From contig CAUVXB020000002.1 in assembly GCA_963555825.3 (NCBI GenBank), forward strand, positions 3,072,001 to 3,136,000: a DNA stretch of 64,000 nucleotides, read 5' to 3'. A program made the translations under genes and the position numbers. The notes beneath the pieces were generated by a model, which searched no databases, was not told the origin of the DNA, and saw only the letters and a list, made by a program, of their open reading frames with translations. Source of the stretch: Alphaproteobacteria bacterium. Its GTDB lineage: Bacteria > Pseudomonadota > Alphaproteobacteria > JAAXGF01. Shown here in pieces: positions 9,612 to 18,320 of this stretch; position 1 is the first letter of the stretch; each line of letters opens with the position of its first letter.

Positions 9612-9640
9612 AAAACCGGCCGGGGCGTTGGCCCCGGCCG
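9612..9640 (-). terminator. Rho-independent terminator of gdhA
   Basis: 10-bp stem CGGCCGGGGC/GCCCCGGCCG followed by GTTTT on the minus strand. Confidence 0.65.
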
Positions 9641-9671
9641 TCTATCGTCGTCGTCAAGCCGGTCGCGGGGG

Positions 9672-11030
9672 TTAGACCACGCCGTAAGCGAGCATCGCGT
9701 CGGCCACCTTGACGAAGCCGGCGACGTTGGCGCCCCTGAGGTAGTTGACGTAGGTGTCGCTTTCCTGACCGTACTGGACGCAGCTCTCGTGGATGCCGGT
9801 CATGGTGTCCTTGAGCAGCCTCTGGAGCTCGTCCTCCGACCATGAGATGCGCGCGCTGTTCTGGCTCATCTCGAGGCCCGAGACGGCGACGCCGCCGGCG
9901 TTTGCCATCTTGCTCGGCGCGAACATGATCTTGGCCTCGATGTAGTGGTCGATGCCTTCCTTGACGGTCGGCATGTTGGCGCCTTCCGAGACGCCAGTGC
10001 AGCCGTTGGCGATCAGCGTCTTGGCCTCGTCGAGGGTAATCTCGTTCTGCGTCGCGCAGGGCAGCGCGATGTCGCAGGGCACGCCCCAGGGCCGCTCGCC
10101 CTCGTGGAAGGACGCGTTCGGGTATTCGTCGGCGTATTCCGAGATGCGCCCGCGGCGGACCTGCTTGAGGTCGTGGATGTAATCGAGCTTCGCGGCGTCG
10201 ATGCCGTCGGGGTCGTGGATGAAGCCGCCCGAGTCCGACAGCGTCACCACCTTGCCGCCGAGCTGGTTGACCTTCTCGGTGGCGTAATGGGCGACGTTGC
10301 CCGAGCCCGAGACGAGGCAGTTCTTGCCCTCCATGGTGTCGCCGCGCACGGCGAGCATGTTCTCCATGGTGTAGACCGTGCCGTAGCCGGTCGCCTCGGT
10401 GCGGATCTTGCTGCCGCCGTACTCCATGCCCTTGCCGGTCAGCACGCCGACGAAGCGGTTGGTGATGCGTTTGTACTGGCCGAACATATAGCCGATCTCG
10501 CGCCCGCCGACGCCGATGTCGCCGGCCGGAACGTCTGTGTCTTCGCCGATGTGGCGATAGAGCTCGGTGATGAAGGACTGACAAAAGCGCATGACCTCAT
10601 GATCCGACTTGCCCTTTGGGTTGAAATCGGCGCCGCCCTTGCCGCCGCCCATGGGCAGGCCGGTCAGGCTGTTCTTGAAGGTCTGCTCGAAGGCGAGGAA
10701 CTTGAGAACGCTCTGGGTCACGCTGGGGTGGAAGCGGATGCCGCCCTTGTAGGGCCCGATGGCGTTGTTGTTCTGGATGCGATAGCCGCGCTGGGTACGG
10801 ATTTTGCTGTCGTCGTCTTCCCAGCAAACCCGGAAGCTGATCACGCGATCAGGCTCGGCCAGGCGCTCGAGAATCTGATACTCGGTATAGATCGGTTTGT
10901 CGATTGTGTAGGGGATGACCGTGGCGGCGACTTCCTCGACCGCCTGGTGAAATTCCGTCTCCCCTGGATTGCGTCTCACGACGCCGTTCATGAAGTTCTC
11001 GAGCTGATGTTCGACGGTGCTGCCCCTCAT
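9672..11030 (-). CDS. gdhA: NADP-specific glutamate dehydrogenase
   Basis: GPYKGGIRFHP, FEQTFKNSLTGLPMGGGKGG, DVPAGDIGVG, RTEATGYG, GANVAGFVKVADAM. Confidence 0.96.
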   Translation of the reverse strand: MRGSTVEHQLENFMNGVVRRNPGETEFHQAVEEVAATVIPYTIDKPIYTEYQILERLAEPDRVISFRVCWEDDDSKIRTQRGYRIQNNNAIGPYKGGIRFHPSVTQSVLKFLAFEQTFKNSLTGLPMGGGKGGADFNPKGKSDHEVMRFCQSFITELYRHIGEDTDVPAGDIGVGGREIGYMFGQYKRITNRFVGVLTGKGMEYGGSKIRTEATGYGTVYTMENMLAVRGDTMEGKNCLVSGSGNVAHYATEKVNQLGGKVVTLSDSGGFIHDPDGIDAAKLDYIHDLKQVRRGRISEYADEYPNASFHEGERPWGVPCDIALPCATQNEITLDEAKTLIANGCTGVSEGANMPTVKEGIDHYIEAKIMFAPSKMANAGGVAVSGLEMSQNSARISWSEDELQRLLKDTMTGIHESCVQYGQESDTYVNYLRGANVAGFVKVADAMLAYGVV

Positions 11031-11183
11031 AGTCCTGTCTCCTCCCGCTGGCCCCTTCGGGCGTTCATTTTTAATAATCCAATTTACGCAGCGAAATCAG
11101 ATATTTACTGCAAACTCACCGACCATTATAACCCTCGTCCAAGTCCGCAACGGTTTTCGGCGCAACCGGACGCGGCGCTGTCG

Positions 11184-12419
11184 TCAGAAACTGTAGCCGT
11201 AAACCACGCCGACGGTGCCGAGCCCCTCGTTGTTGTCGGCGAGCGATGCATTCGACATATGGTCGAAGCGCAGTGACAGCGCGTGATGCCCTTCGAAGCG
11301 GTAACCGATTTCGAGCGCCTCGCGGAACAGCACGCGCGAACCGAGCTCCTTCCTGTCGAGCGCGGAGGTCGAGGTCTCGCCGTCGTGCACCGCGCCACCG
11401 AGTTCGAACGAGCCGAAAAACGGCCCCCAGATCTGCCAGTCCCAGGTCAGCCCGGTGTGGGCCGAGCTCGTGTCGCCCTCGCTGTTGATGTTGACGCCGA
11501 GGTGGGCGCGGGGCTGCCAGATGGTGTCCCAGAAGCCGCCCGTGAAGCGCACGAACCGGACCTCGACCGAGACGTCGACGCCGTCTTCCTTGTTGCGTCC
11601 GAAGATACCGGCGTCGTGATGATGGACGCCGAGGCGGACCTCGGAGATGCCGAACCAGGGCCCGGCCCGGCCCGGCGCGGTGGCTTCGGAACGCATCGCC
11701 GTCTCGCCGGGCGCCGTGGTCGCCTGATCCGAGCCGGCTATGACGGTGGGCTGATCGTACGTCACGTAGCCCTGCGTCTGCGTATAGCTGGGCGCGGGCG
11801 CGTAGACCGGCGCTGGCGCATAGGCGGGCGACGCAGTATAGCCTGAGGCGGGCGCGTAGATGGCCAGCGCCGCGTAGCTCGGCTGCGGCGTGTAGGCCGG
11901 CGGGACGGGCGACGCAGTATAGCCCGATGCGGGCGCGTAGGTGGCCAGCGCGGCGTAGCTCGGCTGCGGCGTGTAGGCCGGCGGGACGGGCGGCGGAGCC
12001 ATGCCGGCGCCGGCGGCGATCTCGTTGGTGAAAGCGGGAAAGGCGATGCCCGAGCGGTGCACGATGGCGTCGCGAAAGCCCGGCGCCCGCTGGATCGCGG
12101 CGCCGACGATGGCGCTGGTCGAACCCGGATGGCGGGCGATGCCGCTGACCACCGCCTCGGTGATCGCGGTCTCCGAGATGCGCAGCTGGGTGCGCGCCGC
12201 GACGTCGTCGTGGGACGGCGCGCGCGCGATGGCGGCGCTGATCGCGGCGTTGTCGGCGGCCGAGCTGCCCGCCGCGATCGCCGCGTCGAGCGCCTGCGCC
12301 ACATCGGCTGGCAAGGCGCCGCCTTGCGCCAGCGCCAGCGACGCGCTCATCGAAAGAAAAATCGTCGCGAGCACCGTTACGCAGGTGTGCCCGCGCCGGC
12401 TCGTACCGCCCATCCTCAT
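11184..12419 (-). CDS. PagL-like lipid A 3-O-deacylase / acyloxyacyl hydrolase with a long N-terminal extension
   Basis: C-terminal ~160-aa barrel with LGSRVLFRE, HMSNASL..NEG and terminal YSF; signal peptide, Ala-rich helical region and Pro/Tyr linker upstream. Confidence 0.8.
   Translation of the reverse strand: MRMGGTSRRGHTCVTVLATIFLSMSASLALAQGGALPADVAQALDAAIAAGSSAADNAAISAAIARAPSHDDVAARTQLRISETAITEAVVSGIARHPGSTSAIVGAAIQRAPGFRDAIVHRSGIAFPAFTNEIAAGAGMAPPPVPPAYTPQPSYAALATYAPASGYTASPVPPAYTPQPSYAALAIYAPASGYTASPAYAPAPVYAPAPSYTQTQGYVTYDQPTVIAGSDQATTAPGETAMRSEATAPGRAGPWFGISEVRLGVHHHDAGIFGRNKEDGVDVSVEVRFVRFTGGFWDTIWQPRAHLGVNINSEGDTSSAHTGLTWDWQIWGPFFGSFELGGAVHDGETSTSALDRKELGSRVLFREALEIGYRFEGHHALSLRFDHMSNASLADNNEGLGTVGVVYGYSF
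11825..11991. repeat. Intragenic 81-bp tandem duplication
   Basis: Encodes PVPPAYTPQPSYAALA(T/I)YAPASGYTAS twice; period 81 nt. Confidence 0.9.
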
Positions 12420-12599
12420 TCGTCAACCCCGCCCGTTCGCACCGTGGTGTCGATGCGAATCACCCCCCGGGTAACGCACCGCGGCCAGCCTACCGTGCGC
12501 ACCGGACGCCGACAAGCCGCTGCTTGCGCTTTCCTTGCCGGCGGGCCCCTGATAACTAGGGCAAGGCTCGAACGTCTATTGGAACAAGGGAGACCGGTC

Positions 12600-13262
12600 A
12601 TGAATCTCGGCAGGCTCGGCCTCAGCGAGGCGCTCTACGACTACATCCTTTCGGTGTCATTGCGCGAGGCCGACGTGCTTCGCCGGCTGCGCGAGGAGAC
12701 CGCGCGGATGCCGATGGCGATCATGCAGATCGCGCCCGAGCAGGGCCAGTTCATGGCGCTTATCGTCGAGCTGATCGGCGCCAAGCGGACCCTCGATGTC
12801 GGCGTCTTCACCGGCTACTCGAGCCTCGCGGTGGCGCTCGCGCTGCCCGATGACGGGCACATAACCGCCTGCGACGTGAGCGAGGAATGGACGGCGATCG
12901 CGCGGCGTTACTGGGCGGAAGCCGGCGTCGCCGACAAGGTCGACCTGCGCCTCGCGCCGGCGATCGAGACGCTCGACGCGCTGCTCGCCAACGGCCGGGC
13001 GGGCAGCTACGATTTCGCCTTCATCGATGCCGAGAAGACCGAGTACGCCGACTATTTCGAGCGCGTTCTCCAGCTGCTGCGCCAGGGCGGCCTGGTCGCC
13101 GTCGACAACGTGCTGTGGAACGGCGCGGTCGCCGATCCGTCCAATGACGAAGACGACACCAATGCGATCCGTGCCTTCAATGAAAAGCTGCACGCCGACG
13201 ACCGCGTCAGCCTCAGTCTGCTGCCGCTCGCCGATGGCCTAACGCTGGCCAGGAAGCGCTAG
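12600..13262 (+). CDS. SAM-dependent O-methyltransferase (CCoAOMT-like)
   Basis: MQIAPEQGQF, LDVGVFTGYS, YDFAFIDAEK, VDNVLWNG, DGLTLA. Confidence 0.93.
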   Translation: MNLGRLGLSEALYDYILSVSLREADVLRRLREETARMPMAIMQIAPEQGQFMALIVELIGAKRTLDVGVFTGYSSLAVALALPDDGHITACDVSEEWTAIARRYWAEAGVADKVDLRLAPAIETLDALLANGRAGSYDFAFIDAEKTEYADYFERVLQLLRQGGLVAVDNVLWNGAVADPSNDEDDTNAIRAFNEKLHADDRVSLSLLPLADGLTLARKR

Positions 13263-13264
13263 AC

Positions 13265-14575
13265 ATGTCGCCGCGCGACCCGCTCCTGACCGATCCGTCG
13301 CAAGGTTCGGGCTGGTACACCATACTGCCCGATCCGCCTCCGGCGACGCGGCTGGTCGGCGATCAGACGGCCGACTGGGTAGTCGCCGGCGCGGGTGTCA
13401 CCGGGCTCGGCGCGGCGCGGCGGCTCGGCGAGCTGTTTCCCGACGCGCGCGTCGTGCTGCTCGAAGCGCTCCGCGCCGGCTACGGCACCTCGGGGCGCAA
13501 CGCCGGCTTCATCATCGACACGCCCCATCTGACCGAGGGCCTCGACCAGGCCCACAACGAATGCGTCTCGCGCATCGTGCGCGCCGGACGCAAACAGCTC
13601 GAGAGCGTCGTACGAGATCACCAGATCGAATGCGAGTGGTCCGAGATCGGTCACCTCCACGCGGTCGTCGGCACGCGGTTCACGCATGCGCTGGCGAACA
13701 CCTGCCGGCTGCTCGAGCAGGCCGGCGACGACTTCCAATGGCTCGACGGTGACGCCATCGCCGAGATCGTCGGCACGAACCACTATTCGGCCGCCGTGCG
13801 CGTGCCCAGCACCGTCCTGATGAACCCGGCGGCGATGTGCCGCGGCCTCGCCGCGACCATGCCGGCCAACGTCGAGGTCATCGAGGAGTCGCCGGTGACG
13901 CGCGTCACGCCGGGTGTGCCGGTGCGCGTCGAATGCGCCCAAGGGACGATCACCACGCCGAACCTGCTGCTCGCGACCAACGCCTACACGACGGCGCTGG
14001 GTTTCCTCGAGGGCGAGACCTTCCCGATGCTCGCCTGCGCGAGCCTGTCGCGCCCGCTGACCGAGGCCGAGCAGGCGGCCATGCCGGGCGCGCGCGAGTG
14101 GGCGCTGACGCCCGGCGTATCGATGGGCTCGACGCTGCGCCGAACACGCGGCCAGCGCATATTGTTCCGCAACGTCGTCCGCCACGCCGGCGATTTCCGC
14201 ATCGACGACGGTTTCCGGCGGCGCCTGCGCAACGCCCACCAAAACCGCCAGGCCAAGCGCTTCCCCGCCTTCGCCGACCTCGAACTCGAGCAGACTTGGG
14301 GCGGTGTCATCTGCATGACGCGCAACAAGCAGGGTGTCTTCGGCCGCCTCGCGCCCGGCGTCTTCGCCTCGGGCGCCGACAACGGGGTCGGCATCGCGCG
14401 CGGCACGATCTCGGGCGGGCTGCTCGCCGAATACGCCGCCGGCGGAGGCTCGACGCTGATCGACGACGCCAAGGCGCTGGCCGGGCCCAACCGACTGCCG
14501 CCCAAGCCGGCGCTCACGCTCGGCATCAACGCGCGTATGGCCTGGATGCGCCTACGCAACCTCGGCGAGGCCTAG
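13265..14575 (+). CDS. FAD-dependent oxidoreductase, PuuB/OrdL-like
   Basis: VAGAGVTGL, GTSGRNAGF, LATNAY, TWGG, NGVGIARGT. Confidence 0.85.
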   Translation: MSPRDPLLTDPSQGSGWYTILPDPPPATRLVGDQTADWVVAGAGVTGLGAARRLGELFPDARVVLLEALRAGYGTSGRNAGFIIDTPHLTEGLDQAHNECVSRIVRAGRKQLESVVRDHQIECEWSEIGHLHAVVGTRFTHALANTCRLLEQAGDDFQWLDGDAIAEIVGTNHYSAAVRVPSTVLMNPAAMCRGLAATMPANVEVIEESPVTRVTPGVPVRVECAQGTITTPNLLLATNAYTTALGFLEGETFPMLACASLSRPLTEAEQAAMPGAREWALTPGVSMGSTLRRTRGQRILFRNVVRHAGDFRIDDGFRRRLRNAHQNRQAKRFPAFADLELEQTWGGVICMTRNKQGVFGRLAPGVFASGADNGVGIARGTISGGLLAEYAAGGGSTLIDDAKALAGPNRLPPKPALTLGINARMAWMRLRNLGEA

Positions 14576-14609
14576 GCCGTCCGCAGAGCCAGATCTTGGA
14601 GTCGGTAAA

Positions 14610-14674
14610 TATAGGGGTCAGACACCTTTTATTTCGATGTTTCCATTCCGTTATAATGGTGTCTGACCCCTATA
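14610..14674. repeat. GGGGTCAGA-type palindromic element
   Basis: Perfect 17-bp inverted repeat TATAGGGGTCAGACACC / GGTGTCTGACCCCTATA with a 31-nt AT-rich spacer, between convergent genes. Confidence 0.85.
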
Positions 14675-14700
14675 ATTCTGTCGCCGGCGCAAACAATCGT

Positions 14701-15981
14701 TCAAGAGGCGTCGCCGGCGCTCGTCGTGAAGCGTCGGACGGCGTCGTCCAAGACGCGCAGCAACTCGGGCGTAATCTTGCCATCGACTTCGAGGCCGGCG
14801 CCGCGCTGGAATTCGCGCACGGCGTGCCGGGTGCCCCATCCGACGATGCCGTCGACCGCCCTGTCGTATAGGCCGAGCGTGACCAGCCGGCGTTGCGCGG
14901 TCAATTCGATGCGGCCGAACTCCGCGGTCTCCTTGGCGCGGACTGGTTGCGGCGCGGTCGTCCGTGCCGCGCTCTCGCGCCGCAACGCGGTGACGCGCGC
15001 CTCGGCCGCCGCGAGCTGGTCGTCGTCGAGACGGGTGACCAGCTGGATGCGGTGCGCTTCGGCGACCTCGGCGCCGGCTTCCGCCGCCAGCATCAGCCAG
15101 GCGAAGGCCTCGACGGTGTCGCGCTCGAGCCCCTGGCCATTGGCCAGCATGAACGCGAGGTTGACCCGCGCCTCGTCGTCGCCCTGCTCGGCGGCGGCGC
15201 GGTACCAGCGCGCGGCGGCGGCGTGGTCGCGCGCGACGCCGACGCCATAGCTCAACATGATCGCCAGATTGGCCTGCGCCATGGCGAGGCCCTGCTCGGC
15301 GGCGGCACGGTACCAACGCACCGCCTGCTCGGTGCTCAGCGGCAGCTGGTCGCCGCGTTCGTACATGAAGCCCAGATTGTTCTGGCTCGGCGCGAAACCG
15401 GCCTCGGCCGCGCGCTCGAACCACTCGACGGCGCGCGCGGCGTCCTTCGCCACGCCGAGGCCCTGCTGATACAGCTCGCCCAGGTTATGCTGCGCGGCCG
15501 CGAAGCCCTGGTCGGCGGCGGCCCGGTACCATTCGGCGGCGACGCCGGGGTTGGCCGCGACGCCGTCACCGGTCTCGTACGACAGGCCGAGCGTGAACTG
15601 CGCCTCGGCCATGCCCAGATCGGCCGCCTTGCGGTACCAGGCGAGTGCCTTGTCCCGGTCGGCGTCGACCAGGACACCGTCGTCGAAGACGCGGGCAAGA
15701 CGGAATTGCGCGGCGGTGAAGCCCGTCTTTGCCGCGCGCTGGTACCATTCGATGGCGCGGACGGCATCGTCGGGTTCGCCGAAACCGTTCTCGTGGAGTA
15801 CCGCGACGTTGTACATGGCGTCGAGGTCGCCGCCGCGCGCGAGCGGCAGCCAGAGCGCGAGTGCGAGTTCGCGGTCGCCCGATCGGTAGGCGTCCCAGCC
15901 GGCTTCGAAATCGGCATGCGCGGACTGCATGACGACGACAGTGAGAGCGAGGGCGAGGGCGATGGCGCGCATGACCGTCAT
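14701..15981 (-). CDS. Secreted Sel1-like repeat protein with a C-terminal peptidoglycan-binding domain
   Basis: Signal peptide; about 7 repeats of A..WY..AA.QG...AQ..LG..Y..G.GV; C-terminal VDGIVGWGTRHAVREFQRGAGLEVDG (PG_binding_1). Confidence 0.9.
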   Translation of the reverse strand: MTVMRAIALALALTVVVMQSAHADFEAGWDAYRSGDRELALALWLPLARGGDLDAMYNVAVLHENGFGEPDDAVRAIEWYQRAAKTGFTAAQFRLARVFDDGVLVDADRDKALAWYRKAADLGMAEAQFTLGLSYETGDGVAANPGVAAEWYRAAADQGFAAAQHNLGELYQQGLGVAKDAARAVEWFERAAEAGFAPSQNNLGFMYERGDQLPLSTEQAVRWYRAAAEQGLAMAQANLAIMLSYGVGVARDHAAAARWYRAAAEQGDDEARVNLAFMLANGQGLERDTVEAFAWLMLAAEAGAEVAEAHRIQLVTRLDDDQLAAAEARVTALRRESAARTTAPQPVRAKETAEFGRIELTAQRRLVTLGLYDRAVDGIVGWGTRHAVREFQRGAGLEVDGKITPELLRVLDDAVRRFTTSAGDAS

Positions 15982-16105
15982 TTCCGATGACCACGGCCCG
16001 ATTGGCGGACGCCGCGATAGGCCCTATGATGCGCCGCGCCGTCCGCCGCGCGCAAGCGCCGGATGGCGCGTGACCCCGTCCAACGATCGAGATCGCCGAC
16101 GCGCC

Positions 16106-16723
16106 ATGACGCCCGATTATTGGTCCGACGCCGTCGCCGCGCTGCGCGCGGCCGATCCGGTCATGGCGCGACTGATCGCCGCCTACCCGGCCGAGGCGCT
16201 GGTGTCGCGCGACGATCCCTTCGGTACGCTGGCGCGCTCGATCGTCGGCCAGCAGATTTCCGTCGTCGCCGCGTCGAGCGTGTGGGCGCGCCTCGAACGG
16301 AAATTCGGCGCGGTCGCCCCGGCGACCCTCGGGGCGGCCACTGACGACAGCCTTCTCGGCTGCGGTCTTTCACGGCAAAAAACCCGTTATCTCAAGGATT
16401 TGGCGAGCCAATTCCTGTGCGGTTCGCTCGATCCGGCGGGCTGGCGCGGACAGGACGACGAGGCGCTCATCGCCGACCTCACCCGGGTCAAGGGGATCGG
16501 CCGTTGGACCGCCGAGATGTTCCTGATGTTTCACCTCATGCGGCCCGACGTACTGCCGCTCGACGACATCGGCCTGCAGCGCGCGACCGGGTTGCACTAC
16601 GGCGACGGCGGCAAGCTCGCCAAGGCGGCGATCGAACCCCTTGCCGAAGCCTGGCGGCCGTGGCGCACGGTCGCGACCTGGTACCTCTGGCGCAGCCTCG
16701 ACCCGATCCCGGTCGCCTACTGA
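16106..16723 (+). CDS. alkA: DNA-3-methyladenine glycosylase II (AlkA family)
   Basis: SIVGQQIS, HhH motif LTRVKGIGRWTAEMFL, DVLPLDD, WRPWRTVATWYLW. Confidence 0.9.
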   Translation: MTPDYWSDAVAALRAADPVMARLIAAYPAEALVSRDDPFGTLARSIVGQQISVVAASSVWARLERKFGAVAPATLGAATDDSLLGCGLSRQKTRYLKDLASQFLCGSLDPAGWRGQDDEALIADLTRVKGIGRWTAEMFLMFHLMRPDVLPLDDIGLQRATGLHYGDGGKLAKAAIEPLAEAWRPWRTVATWYLWRSLDPIPVAY

Positions 16724-18320
16724 CCCGGCGGGGCGGCGCGCGCCACCCCGCCGCCGCGCCGCTCAGATGGTGAAGGCGAGTTCGCCCAGGCGCTTGGTCA
16801 GCTTCATGTTCTCGGCGTAGTCGATCGGGATGGCGATCAGTGCCGGGCCCTCCTGTCGGAACGCTTCCTCGAGCGCCGGCTTGAGCTGGTCGGCCGCGGT
16901 CAGCGTCTTGCCCCACAGGCCGAACGCCTCGGCGAGCTTCTCGAAGTCGGGGTTGGAGAAATCGAGCTTCGAGTGCTTGCCGTCGAACGAGTTCTGCTGC
17001 TTCCACTTGATCAGGCCGTACTCTTCGTCGCACCAGACGATGGCGACGACGTTCAGCTTGTAGCGCACCGCCGTTTCGAGGTCCTGCACGTTCATCAAGA
17101 AGCCGGCGTCTCCGCTGATCGACACCACATTGCGGTCGGGGAAGGCGATCTTGGCGCCGATCGAGCCCGGGAAGGCGAAGCCCATGGTGCAGAAACCATT
17201 CGAGATCAGGCAGGTGTTTGGCTCGTCGCACTGGTAGTAGCGCGAGATCCACATCTTATGGGCGCCGACGTCGGACAACAGGATGTCCGCGGGGCCCATC
17301 ACCTCGCGCACGTCCCACAGCACCTTCTGCGGCTTCATCGGGAACGAGGTGTCGTCCTTCTCCATGGCGAAGTCGTCGAGGATGGTCTGGCGCAGCGCGG
17401 CGCGGTCGTTGATGTCCCACAGCGGCAGGTGATCGCCGTGCTTGTCGTTGAGCTCCTCGTTGATCTGCCACAAGGCGTCGGCGATGTCGGCCTCGATGTC
17501 GACGTCGACGTGGTAGTCCTCGTCGATCTCGCAGGCCCAGAAGTCGATGTGGATGATCTTCTTGCCGCCGTGCTTGTTCCAGAAATGCGGCGCGTACTCG
17601 ACCAGGTCGTAGCCGACCGAGATGACGACGTCGGCCTCGTCGAGCGCGGCGTTGACGTGGTCGCGCCCCTGCAGGCCGATGGTGAACAGGCAATGCGGGT
17701 CGCTGCGTCCGACCGCGCCCTTGCCCATGAAGGTGTTGACCACCCCGATGCCGGCCTTGTGCGCCAGGCGCTCGAGCTGCTGGGCGGCGCGTTTGCGCAC
17801 CGCGCCGTTGCCCGCCAGGATGATCGGGTTCTTGGCGCCGGCGATGATCTCGGCCGCCTGGCTGACCGCCTTGTGATCGGCCGCCGGTCGCCGCGTCTTG
17901 ACGACCTCCAAGGGTTGCCCTTCGGCCTCGTGCTCGGCGAGGTCCTCGGGCAGCTCGATGATCGTCGCGCCGGGCTTCTCGGCGACCGCCAGCTTGAATG
18001 CCTTGCGGACGATCTCGGGGATGTTGTTCTGGTGGAAGACCGTCTGTGCCCATTTGGTGATCGGCGAGAACATGGTGATCGCGTCCATCGCCTGATGGCT
18101 CTCCTTGTGCAGACGGTTGGTGTTCGCCTGGCCGATGATGCCGACCAGCGGCGCGCGGTCCATGTTGGCGTCGGCGACACCGGTCACCAGGTTGGTCGCG
18201 CCCGGGCCCAGCGTGCCGAGACACACGCCCGGCCTGCTGGTGAGTCGGCCATAGACGTCGGCCATGAACGCGGCGGCCTGCTCGTGGCGGCACAGGATGA
18301 ATCTAATGTGGCTGTCCATC

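Noticed and set aside
9945-11276. Long ORF antisense to gdhA
   Set aside because: Codon-bias shadow with no RBS or domain evidence.
11825-11991. Repeats as a CRISPR array
   Set aside because: In-frame coding duplication with no unique spacers and no cas genes.
12057-12599. Long N-terminal extensions in the ORF track (also 699, 5143, 15929, 22725, 23663, 31894, 49417, 53010, 57403, 63913)
   Set aside because: They overlap neighbouring genes or repeats; family homology and RBSs begin at the downstream starts used above.
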